Source of the DNA: Bdellovibrionales bacterium
GTDB lineage: Bacteria; Bdellovibrionota; Bdellovibrionia; Bdellovibrionales; UBA1609
Direction of reading: 5' to 3'
Assembly (NCBI GenBank): GCA_965199825.1
Contig: OZ241329.1
Span: 160,001 to 224,000, forward strand
DNA length: 64,000 bases
In this document: positions 37,474 to 46,484 of the stretch, piece by piece
Position numbering within the stretch: the first letter of the stretch is position 1
How the letters are laid out: each line of letters starts with the position of its first letter
Notes under the pieces: generated by a model
What the model saw: the letters and a program-made list of their open reading frames with translations, nothing else
Told to the model about the DNA's origin: nothing
Database searches by the model: none
Position numbers and translations under genes: made by a program

Positions 37474-38643
37474 TTATACGACAGAAAAGTTTGGCAACTG
37501 GAGTTGCCTTTGTTTTGCCAAGTTTTGGGCCGCCACACTGTAGCCGCCGTCGCTCCCATCAATCAGATGGATATGGCCACCCTGGTTAAGATTTTCAACC
37601 AAACAGGTCATCAACGCATGCGACGAAACAAAAGTGCCGTAGAAAATTTCTCCCCGCTCGTACAAAACATGAAGAAGAGTTTCGACCGCCACAATTTCGT
37701 TCTTTGAGCAATCCAGCACCAAGCGCAATGTGTCGTCGTACTTTCGATAATCAGAATGGTTTGAAAGTCCATTGATATAGGCCTTGGCATCAAATGGAAC
37801 AGGTAAACCAAAACGAAATGCCCATTGGCACACCAAAATTTGGGTCAGTCGACCCAATGCCTGCATCGAAAATTTATTTTCGATCAATCTCCATTCTTTG
37901 CGAATCGATGCGAAGAAACCCTGATAACGAAAACTTTTTTGCGAAACTGGGTTGGCAATATCGAGATCGCCACCAAATATTTTTTTAAACTCTAAAAGTA
38001 AATTTTCAAAAATTTTTGTGCTGTCAAAAAGTCGGGGCTGTACAAGTAATGACAACATCTGCCCCCGTTGCGAGGCCAGCGGCTGCCAACGACAAGATAA
38101 GGAGTTTAATGCGAGCCCCGAAATTTCTTGAGCTGCTTTGATGCTGTATTTTCGTGGGCTGGATTTAATTGTGTATTCGGCCCAGGCAAGCCCACCCCCA
38201 CGAATAAAGGCGGTGCACTTTCCACTGGCGCCATCAAATTTTGCGACCTCGAGCTTTGATCCTGAACTTTTGATTTCTTGTACACTCACCACACCAACAC
38301 GAAGTTCGATATCAAATTGCTTGATACAAAACAGTTTGTATTGAGCCAATTTTTTTTTGATTTCATCGATCTGACTGGGAGCGATCAAAAAGCTTGCACC
38401 GTCGCCACCAAACACAAAGGCCAATTCGTCAGAGGGCATTACAGATTGGACAACCACAATTGCGCCCGCACCAATGGTGTTGACGTCGCGATATTTTCCT
38501 AAGGAAATATGCTGAGTCGATTTTTCGACATCACAGATCACCACGAACCAATCGTTTGGGACCTCAGTATAAATACGGTCTGTTGAGAGAAGATCAAAAT
38601 TAGAAAAAGATTTTAAATTTTTATAAAAATCATTAAGGCCCAA
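37474..38643 (-). CDS. DUF3095 family protein (nucleotide-cyclase-like); start uncertain
   Basis: WFVVICDVEKST, FVFGGDGAS, LSCRWQP, SDYRKYDDTLR, HLIDGSDGGY. Confidence 0.82.
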   Translation of the reverse strand: MGLNDFYKNLKSFSNFDLLSTDRIYTEVPNDWFVVICDVEKSTQHISLGKYRDVNTIGAGAIVVVQSVMPSDELAFVFGGDGASFLIAPSQIDEIKKKLAQYKLFCIKQFDIELRVGVVSVQEIKSSGSKLEVAKFDGASGKCTAFIRGGGLAWAEYTIKSSPRKYSIKAAQEISGLALNSLSCRWQPLASQRGQMLSLLVQPRLFDSTKIFENLLLEFKKIFGGDLDIANPVSQKSFRYQGFFASIRKEWRLIENKFSMQALGRLTQILVCQWAFRFGLPVPFDAKAYINGLSNHSDYRKYDDTLRLVLDCSKNEIVAVETLLHVLYERGEIFYGTFVSSHALMTCLVENLNQGGHIHLIDGSDGGYSVAAQNLAKQRQLQLPNFSVV

Positions 38644-41074
38644 CCGTTCCCCCGTATGCTGATCCGTTAGCAACTGGACTTCCTCCAACATACAAAGTTC
38701 CAGCCGATCCTGATGTGGATGTGTCTTGAGTGTGTACCGTGTTGCTATTTAAGGAAAGGCTAGAAGTGTAAAGGGAATAACCGCTAAGATAAATTGATCC
38801 AGCCGCTAAAACAAAGGGCGTATTGTTTGCGGTCACATCACTGGTCAAAACAACTTGTGAACTTAAATTGTTCACTGTTAGTGTTCCCGTCGGAACGTTG
38901 TTCGAATACACTGCACTAAAATTTTGCACTCCGCTGCCAACAAAGATTAAATTGCTTGAGCTCTGAATTGTGCCACCAATGCTGACATCTTTGGAAACCT
39001 GAATGGTTCCACCATTGAGGTATGGACCATAATTTCCACTGGTCAGAGCAAGATTTCCCGCCACATTTAGGGTTCCGCTCAAGCTTATTGCTGAGCAATA
39101 CGACCCGTCCACTGAGACATTGTTATAGATCTGGTTACCAGGATTGAAGGTGATGTAACCGGAGTTTAAATAACAACCGCCGAATTTGAGAGTGGACCCC
39201 GCAGCACTAATTGTTCCCGATGTGTAGGTAAACCCATCAGTCACTGCGACAGTTCCAGACAAAGTTGTGGTTCCTGAAGAAGCCACTTCTAAATTAGGGA
39301 AGGACCCATTTCCCGAAATGGTTTGGTTCACACCGATTGCGCGAACTAAACCACTTCCGCCATTGAGTGCATAACCCAAAAACGAGATATTGCCCTTCAC
39401 ATTGACGGTGCCACTATTCAATTTGGGAAAAAAATTACTTCCATCCACATTGAAGTCTCCATCGATTGCCCAAGTGTTCACAATGTCGGCCTGGCCTCCG
39501 TAGCTAAGATCAAGATGAACATTGTTAAATACATTATTTGCAACATCATACGTGTGAGCAACCGGCCCATTAGGAACATTGAATAAACAAGAATTATTTG
39601 TGAAAGTTGAATTTGCAAATGTCACACTCCCGCCAACCTGCAGAGTGCCACTCGACGCCTTGTAGCTCCCGCCTCTTACACGTAAATCCCTATTCATCGT
39701 GGTGTTAAATCCAGTTGCACCAATATAATTTCCTGAGAGCTGCACCCAGTCGGTTTCGATCGTGGAGGAGAAATTTCCCTGAGTGATTGTTCCTGAATAA
39801 TTTGAGGCCATGCGAACACCACCCACATCGATCGCCGAATCAATCGTTGGTGAACAATTAGAAACGCAAGTTCCATCAAACAAAGCGACAGCCGAAGAAT
39901 TCGGAGGGTTCCCTCCCGACCAGTTTGCTCCTACTCCCCACCCAGGAGTGCCACTCCCCCCTGTCCAAACAAAGGGGTTGGTCGTGATGTTTTCGGTTTG
40001 AGTGCCTGGGACATAACCCGACATTGCAGCTGTGACAGTGAGAGGTCCTGTGGACGATGGTAGAAAATAAAACGGTGCCGATGAAGTCGACCGAGCAGCT
40101 ATGGAAAGATTGCTTATCGAGTTGTTGCAATCCGAATCAGAATAAAATGAAAGACCTGACCCACTGAGATTCAAGGTCTGTGGACTTGCAGAAGTGACAT
40201 TGACACTCGCAGAAATGGCACCTGAGCATAAACCGTTCGCAACGGTTTGCGGTGCTCCAGTTAATTTCACCGCGGCAACTGGAGGTACAAAAATTCCGCA
40301 AGAGGTCCCAATACCAAAGAGCTGCTGCATTTGTGAAAGGGTAAGAGCCTGAGTGACTGACACCGCAACTTCGGCAATCGACCCGCCAAAATAATTACTT
40401 GAAGGCTGATTGGGCCAACTGCCGATGTTGTCGTATCCGATATGAAGATACCCAGTATAGTTCTGTCCAGTGGTCACAGAGTTTGTACTGACGTCACTTC
40501 CGTCGATACTTAAAAGCATACCGGAGGGTCCCATGCTTGCGGCCACCATGTGCCAATTGTTATCATTGTAAGTTAAGCTCGAGCTCAAAGTCGTAACGTT
40601 ACCATCGTACACGCCAAACAAAATGTTGCCATTGTTTGTCATATAGATGTGTCGATCATAGTTGCTGGAACTTATGATCCCATCTCCATAGCCGATTATT
40701 TTTCCACCATTTGTGGTCGATGTTTTAAACCACATGACAAAGCTAAATACGTTTGGCGCCTGATAGGCAGAAAATGTCGGAACAAAACTCGCTGACCCAT
40801 CCAATAAAATTGATTCGGACGGCATAACCAATGGCCCCGGCAGATGACGAATGATGGAATTGTAATAAAACCCTTGAGTTACTCCTAAGAGATCTGATGC
40901 AAAGGGTGGCGAAGGGTCTGAAAATCGCCAATAACTAGTAAATCCTAAAGAAGGGATAAGGCCTTGATAGGAGTTGCACACATTTTGTGAGAGGTTCAGG
41001 CTTGCGCCTGGTCCCGCATAAACAAATTGAGTTGATGTGAATAGGGCAAGCGCTATCAGTGATTTACGAAGCAT
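38633..41074 (-). CDS. Exported LamG/concanavalin-like plus beta-helix-like adhesin; partner of fibre C
   Basis: TAATG overlap with the fibre stop; signal peptide; YWRF, WFKT, YDRHIYM, NDNNWHMV; WTGG...NWSG then Gly/Asn/Ser-rich strands. Confidence 0.8.
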   Translation of the reverse strand: MLRKSLIALALFTSTQFVYAGPGASLNLSQNVCNSYQGLIPSLGFTSYWRFSDPSPPFASDLLGVTQGFYYNSIIRHLPGPLVMPSESILLDGSASFVPTFSAYQAPNVFSFVMWFKTSTTNGGKIIGYGDGIISSSNYDRHIYMTNNGNILFGVYDGNVTTLSSSLTYNDNNWHMVAASMGPSGMLLSIDGSDVSTNSVTTGQNYTGYLHIGYDNIGSWPNQPSSNYFGGSIAEVAVSVTQALTLSQMQQLFGIGTSCGIFVPPVAAVKLTGAPQTVANGLCSGAISASVNVTSASPQTLNLSGSGLSFYSDSDCNNSISNLSIAARSTSSAPFYFLPSSTGPLTVTAAMSGYVPGTQTENITTNPFVWTGGSGTPGWGVGANWSGGNPPNSSAVALFDGTCVSNCSPTIDSAIDVGGVRMASNYSGTITQGNFSSTIETDWVQLSGNYIGATGFNTTMNRDLRVRGGSYKASSGTLQVGGSVTFANSTFTNNSCLFNVPNGPVAHTYDVANNVFNNVHLDLSYGGQADIVNTWAIDGDFNVDGSNFFPKLNSGTVNVKGNISFLGYALNGGSGLVRAIGVNQTISGNGSFPNLEVASSGTTTLSGTVAVTDGFTYTSGTISAAGSTLKFGGCYLNSGYITFNPGNQIYNNVSVDGSYCSAISLSGTLNVAGNLALTSGNYGPYLNGGTIQVSKDVSIGGTIQSSSNLIFVGSGVQNFSAVYSNNVPTGTLTVNNLSSQVVLTSDVTANNTPFVLAAGSIYLSGYSLYTSSLSLNSNTVHTQDTSTSGSAGTLYVGGSPVANGSAYGGTVGP

Positions 41075-44000
41075 TAGGGCCAACCTGTGGACCATGAAAC
41101 ATAGCAATAACTGCCAACACGTTGAATATTATAAATAGAACCTGTTGCTGCTCGATTTGATGATACCGGCATCATCGATGTTGTTAAAGAAGTTGATCCA
41201 TTATCAGAATAACAATTTACAGTGGTTGTTCCAGCCGCAGATCCGCGCACGGCAACTGTATACGACCCACCATTAGTTAAATTGTTTATATTCAGAGTGA
41301 TGTTTGTTTGTGAACCAACATTCCACTCCAGCGCTGAATTCGAACTTGTATCAAACGTTAATGGCGAAGTTGCCGATGAACTGGTTGCTGTGGTAGTCGA
41401 TCCGCCTCCGCTTGCGGGAGTTGACCAAGATAAAACTCCGCTGCCGTTGGTGGTGAGCACTTGGTTTGCTGCTCCATCAGCGGTGGGCAATGTCCAAATT
41501 GTGTTTCCGGCATATGCGGCAGATTGAAAACCAGAATATCCATTTGCAGAGCCAGAAAGTCGCATTGTGCCTTTAACATCGAGAGCTGCACCCGGCGTTG
41601 TTGTGCCGATGCCTACGTTACCCGACGAATCAATCCGCATCCGTTCTTGGATACCAGTGCGATTATTTGCGGCGGTATGAAAGGCCAACGCACCGGCACG
41701 CCAATTGTTATCAAGGCCAGGCCCTGCATCCACCGCATCGATTGCTGCGAGTGAATCGACATTTCCACTGATGGTTAAGCCTGAAAATGTTAAGGCAGGA
41801 ACTCTCTGGCCAGTTTGAACACTCGCATTGTTATGAATATTTATTCCAATGACAGAGGTGTAAGCACTTGAATCCGAATTTGTACTCGTCACATTGACTT
41901 GCGGAACTCCAGCATAAAGAGGCGCATCGGGATATTCAAGTTGAACCCCACCCGACGTCCCAGACCAACTTCCGACTTGAAGTGCAGCCATGGGCGCAGT
42001 TGTTCCGATCCCTACATTGCCGTTGGCCAATATTCGAACTGCCTCTGAACCATTTGTTGATAAACCAATTGTGTTTGTAGCAGGCGAAAACATTCCGGTG
42101 TTTGTATTTCCATTAAATGCATAACCAGGAGCAGCGGCTGTTCCTGTAGATGCAGGTAATCCTCCGCTTGCTGAAGCCCATGAGGGAAGCCCACTTGCCA
42201 CAGTTAAAACTTGTCCGTTTGTGCCTGCAGGCAATCTTGAAAGTCCGGTGGTTGAAGAAGCGTAGAGTATGTCGCCGACTGAGTAAGAGGATTGCCCAGT
42301 TCCACCATTTGCAGCGGTGACGCTGCCGCTGATCTGCGATGATGGTAAACTAATATTTGTGCACGACATCACATCGCCCACAGAATTGTAAGTCAGAGTC
42401 TGATTACTCAAACAGGAATTTGCAAATTGATTGGTGCCCGTGACTGTGGATCGCAAATCTGTCATTGCGGTAAATCCAGGCGACCAAGCAGAACCATTCC
42501 ATCTTAGGGCTTGCCCTGCGGTTGTTGGTGCACTTGCGCTGACTGCACTTCCTTGAAGTTTGGTGACCGTGAACGCACCAGCGTCGGTCATTGTTGCATC
42601 ACCTGAAGGTGTGACCGCTGCGGCTGTTCCGCCGCTGTTACCAACGAGTATTTTGCCGTCGGCAAGTGTGTTACTCAATTTGTTATTAAAGGTTGTGTAG
42701 TCCGAATTTGAGAGGAGACCCGCAGTCACCGACGCTGCCGAAGCCATTGGAATATTTAATGTGTGGGTGCTTGATCCGCTTACGAATGCAGGAGTCGTTC
42801 CTGTCGTGCCCGTCGCAAAATTTTGCGAAGTGGTTGTTAAACCATTGAGCGACGATATTCCAGTCCCTGCAGGTGTCGACCATGCCAGCACTCCGCTGCC
42901 GTTGGTGGTGAGCACTTGATTGGCGCTACCATCGTTCGCAGGCAAGGTCCAAATGGTTGAGCCAGCTACAGCTGCGGGTTGAAATCCTGCGTAGCCGCTT
43001 GTTGATCCCAACATGCGAATCGATCCATTGACATCCAAAGCAGCGCCGGGAGTGGCGGTTCCAATGCCCACATTTCCACCTGCGGGATTGAGGGTGAGGG
43101 GAAATGATGTTCCATAGGTGTTGTGGGACTGAATCCACTGCGCGTAATTTGTTGATGCGGTTCCGAGTCCAAAACTCAATATTTGATTGCCTGATTCAAA
43201 TGACACTGCCCCAAGGCTTGATGCGCTCAACGACGGATCAGATGAGATCACAGCACCTTGTGTTCCAACCTGAAGACGAGCTCCTGGATTTGTTGATCCG
43301 ATACCGACGTTGCCATTCGCATCGATTCTCATCTGTTCTTTGTTGACCCCAGCACCAATTGAATTTCCGCTTGTTGAAAACAAGAGCGCCGTATTGTCAT
43401 CGGTATATCCTGGTTTTCTTTGTGCGGTGATGGAGGCCCATGTTGAACTGGTACTCGCAGCTGAGCTAAATGCAATCGTTCCAAGATTGGAATTGTCCGA
43501 TGGATTCGATTGCGAATCATGAAACCAAAATGTTGGAGCCGTAGCCGCAATATCTAATCGACCTTGTGGATTTGTTGTTCCAACCCCAATATTTCCGGAA
43601 CTGTCGATGCGCATCCGCTCAACAGAATTTGTTGAGAAGCCTAAAGTGGCGGTTGACGCGAGATACATTCCATCATTTGCTTCATTCGAAAATGAGTAAG
43701 AAGGCGCTGACGGACTTCCGTTACTTGCCAAAACAGAGGACGAAGTTTGAATGTAACCCACAACATCGAGTGGGCGCACTGGAGCAGTTGTGCCAATGCC
43801 CACATTTCCAAAAGCATCCATTCGCATGCGCTCTAAACCACCCGTACTCGCCGCAAGTGTCGAAGCCAAAGGCCTAAACCAGCCGGTGCCCGCATCGCCG
43901 GAAAAAGAATATGTTGGAGCTGCAGCAGTTCCTGCAGCAGAAGTCATATTTGCTCCACCGGTCACGGGCGAAACCATACCCGCGCTTGATAAATTAAATA

Positions 44001-46302
44001 TGTTTGTGCCTTCAGCTGCAATACCGATCACATCATTTGAGCCTGAGTCAAAAAATCCGGTGTTGGTGTCGCCCGAAAATGTCAACGACGGCGCGCTCGA
44101 GGATCCTGCACCCACTCCCACCGAACTGTAGCTACTCGTCCCGCCACTCAAAGGGATGGGTGTTCGTGTGGTGCCCACTGTTAAATAATAATTTGTCCCA
44201 TCGTACTCGACTGAACCATCTTCGGCAGTTGTGACTAAGGGACCAGCTGAAAATTTAAGAGGAGCAGCGCCCGCACTTGTCGTGCCCGCCTTCAATTGCA
44301 AAACAGCGCTAGGACTGGTCGTGCCCACTCCCACTTTTCCAGAAGGAAGAACAGTCAGACCAACCACATTATTTGCTTTTAACGAAAAACTTGTCGCATC
44401 GGTCGTGCCCACCGATGCGCTCACGCCAAACGCATTGCCACCATTTTTAAAATAAGTCGTGTCGTATCCCCCAGAAGGCAGATCACTCGAAGCCAAAGCA
44501 CGAAATGTTGCAGCACCGGCTCCACCGCTGGATGGACCCGCAAGTACCGCATTCTGCGCTTGCGACCCAAAGCTTGAAGCTCCAACCGAAATTGTGGCGC
44601 AAGAATATGTATCAGTCACAGCAGAGTAAGTCAGAGTTTGTGATGAGGTGCAATTGGTTGGAAACAGCGGAGCACTTCCGGCAAGCGAAGAGCGCAAATC
44701 GGCAACGCCTAAAAATGCCGGCGCATATTGTGTTGAGCCATCATAGCGGAGCACTTGTCCAGCCGATGTGGGAGTGCTCGAAGAAATTGGTGTCGATTGA
44801 ATTCCTGCGACTCGTGGAGCTGGATAATTTCCGGAAAGATCACCACTCGCGGCGCCCGTACTCCCAGTTGATGAAATCGTTATTAATCCCGCACCATTCG
44901 TAATCGCAACACCAGTCCCCGCGGTTAAACTGGCGGCAACAGGTGCAGCACCGGTTGAGCCCACAAAAACTTGACCGTTGGTCAAAGGTGAAGCTTCAAC
45001 AATTGCACCGCCACTCGATATCATCAAACGATTATTATTTAGAGCTACAGTCGAGTTGGTCCCCCCGTTGGCCACGGCTAATGTGCCCAACGACAAAACT
45101 CCAGATCCTGAGTTATAAATTAATGGCGCAGTTGCCGAAATTGATGCACGCGCATTGGTATCGCTGTAAGGAGTGGTCCAAGATAAAATTCCCGCAGTGG
45201 TGCTGGTCAAGACCTGACCGTTCGAAACTGGCGCAGCGGTTGGCCATGTTAATGTGTAAGAGGCAGACACCGTCGATGGAGCTTGCAGAGTTACCGAATT
45301 TGAGGCGCTATCGCGAGCAACAATTGAACTGGTCGAAACGCTGCTTGCCGAAAAACCACCCGATGAATCCCGCTTGACGATCATGCTGTTCGTATCAAGG
45401 GGTGTGGCCGCATTACTCAACAATTCTGCAGAGTGCACATTCGCAGCTGTTGATCCGCCAACACTCGACACGGTGGTCGCAGCGAGACTTCCAGTCACAT
45501 CACCCGAAAGCGATCCACTCGCGGTGCTTAAAACTTGGGTTGTAGAACCGTTATAATATTTGACCATGTTTGAGGTCGAATCGTACCAAACGCTTCCTGC
45601 AGCTGGCGATGTTGGTGGACTCGATGTGGAATAACTGGGAAGTGAAGCCCCACTTGATGTGGTTGATGAAACATAGTTTCCACCACCCGCAAGCAATGAA
45701 GTCAGCTTTGGGTAATTGGTATTTGAAAATACCGAAGACAAAGAAGTTTGATTGAGTTGTGTTGTGGAGTCAGCTTGAAGAATATTTCCGGTGGTGATGC
45801 CGTTTAAACTTTCGGCCACGAGTGCTGAGGGCACCGAATTCAATTTCATATCGGGTGACAGTGTCACTTGCACATTTGTGGACGAAGGTAAGACCACAAC
45901 TCTCAAATAGCGTTGATCTCCTGCGGTGGGCACATAAGTACAAGCAGCCCCATTGATGGCAGAGCGCCCATTGATAACGCTTAAATTTTGATAAACGCTT
46001 GCCATGTAATTGCCAGAATCAATCGACGAACGCTTCACATCCGTTGGGCTTGAGCCCACCGAAATATTGAAATACCCATTGCTCGAACTGGTGTTGATAT
46101 TTTGGGTTTCTTCATAAAGTATACAAGATTTGTTTGGATCTAAAACCTGGAGTCTTAAATTAACAGAATTATCTAAGAGCGGATTTGATCCACTTGAAGA
46201 ATTGTAGAGCCGGCCATCGAGGGTAAAGCTTTGTGAAGCTTCTCCTAGACCAAAAGACTGCGTGCTGATTAAAAAAATGAATAACCCAACAATACGTACC
46301 AC
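41074..46302 (-). CDS. Fibre C: phage-tail-fibre-like mosaic trimeric adhesin (MAT-like), 1742 aa, non-S74 C-terminal cap
   Basis: Signal peptide; DGRLYN/CILYEETQ N-domain; GDVTG; many GNVGIGTT repeats; ends QRVGSYCYVSWSTGWP. Confidence 0.85.
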   Translation of the reverse strand: MVRIVGLFIFLISTQSFGLGEASQSFTLDGRLYNSSSGSNPLLDNSVNLRLQVLDPNKSCILYEETQNINTSSSNGYFNISVGSSPTDVKRSSIDSGNYMASVYQNLSVINGRSAINGAACTYVPTAGDQRYLRVVVLPSSTNVQVTLSPDMKLNSVPSALVAESLNGITTGNILQADSTTQLNQTSLSSVFSNTNYPKLTSLLAGGGNYVSSTTSSGASLPSYSTSSPPTSPAAGSVWYDSTSNMVKYYNGSTTQVLSTASGSLSGDVTGSLAATTVSSVGGSTAANVHSAELLSNAATPLDTNSMIVKRDSSGGFSASSVSTSSIVARDSASNSVTLQAPSTVSASYTLTWPTAAPVSNGQVLTSTTAGILSWTTPYSDTNARASISATAPLIYNSGSGVLSLGTLAVANGGTNSTVALNNNRLMISSGGAIVEASPLTNGQVFVGSTGAAPVAASLTAGTGVAITNGAGLITISSTGSTGAASGDLSGNYPAPRVAGIQSTPISSSTPTSAGQVLRYDGSTQYAPAFLGVADLRSSLAGSAPLFPTNCTSSQTLTYSAVTDTYSCATISVGASSFGSQAQNAVLAGPSSGGAGAATFRALASSDLPSGGYDTTYFKNGGNAFGVSASVGTTDATSFSLKANNVVGLTVLPSGKVGVGTTSPSAVLQLKAGTTSAGAAPLKFSAGPLVTTAEDGSVEYDGTNYYLTVGTTRTPIPLSGGTSSYSSVGVGAGSSSAPSLTFSGDTNTGFFDSGSNDVIGIAAEGTNIFNLSSAGMVSPVTGGANMTSAAGTAAAPTYSFSGDAGTGWFRPLASTLAASTGGLERMRMDAFGNVGIGTTAPVRPLDVVGYIQTSSSVLASNGSPSAPSYSFSNEANDGMYLASTATLGFSTNSVERMRIDSSGNIGVGTTNPQGRLDIAATAPTFWFHDSQSNPSDNSNLGTIAFSSAASTSSTWASITAQRKPGYTDDNTALLFSTSGNSIGAGVNKEQMRIDANGNVGIGSTNPGARLQVGTQGAVISSDPSLSASSLGAVSFESGNQILSFGLGTASTNYAQWIQSHNTYGTSFPLTLNPAGGNVGIGTATPGAALDVNGSIRMLGSTSGYAGFQPAAVAGSTIWTLPANDGSANQVLTTNGSGVLAWSTPAGTGISSLNGLTTTSQNFATGTTGTTPAFVSGSSTHTLNIPMASAASVTAGLLSNSDYTTFNNKLSNTLADGKILVGNSGGTAAAVTPSGDATMTDAGAFTVTKLQGSAVSASAPTTAGQALRWNGSAWSPGFTAMTDLRSTVTGTNQFANSCLSNQTLTYNSVGDVMSCTNISLPSSQISGSVTAANGGTGQSSYSVGDILYASSTTGLSRLPAGTNGQVLTVASGLPSWASASGGLPASTGTAAAPGYAFNGNTNTGMFSPATNTIGLSTNGSEAVRILANGNVGIGTTAPMAALQVGSWSGTSGGVQLEYPDAPLYAGVPQVNVTSTNSDSSAYTSVIGINIHNNASVQTGQRVPALTFSGLTISGNVDSLAAIDAVDAGPGLDNNWRAGALAFHTAANNRTGIQERMRIDSSGNVGIGTTTPGAALDVKGTMRLSGSANGYSGFQSAAYAGNTIWTLPTADGAANQVLTTNGSGVLSWSTPASGGGSTTTATSSSATSPLTFDTSSNSALEWNVGSQTNITLNINNLTNGGSYTVAVRGSAAGTTTVNCYSDNGSTSLTTSMMPVSSNRAATGSIYNIQRVGSYCYVSWSTGWP
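42000..43050 (-). repeat. ~1.05-kb fibre shaft block, copy 1 (fibre C)
   Basis: Encodes LDVxGxIRM...WTLPANDG...FANSCLSNQTLTYNSVGDVMSC...GYAFxGNTNTGMF...GNVGIGTT; boundaries approximate. Confidence 0.85.
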
Positions 46303-46309
46303 GACTAAG

Positions 46310-46337
46310 GTATCGACAGATTGAGCTAATTTTTTGA
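46310..46337 (-). promoter_or_regulatory. sigma28 (FliA)-like promoter of fibre C
   Basis: (T)CAAA-N15-GTCGATAC ending 7 nt before the GTG start; no SD. Confidence 0.55.
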
Positions 46338-46484
46338 GTAATACTTAAGGTTTGTTTCAAATTGAGGCGCGGAAGACAAATATTTGAAACGTATTGGACC
46401 TGGGCGAGCAAGTTTTCTAAATTAACTGAATCCGCACTTCAACAATTTTCCGAGATGGTAAAATCAGACTTTCAAGGTCTTTCA

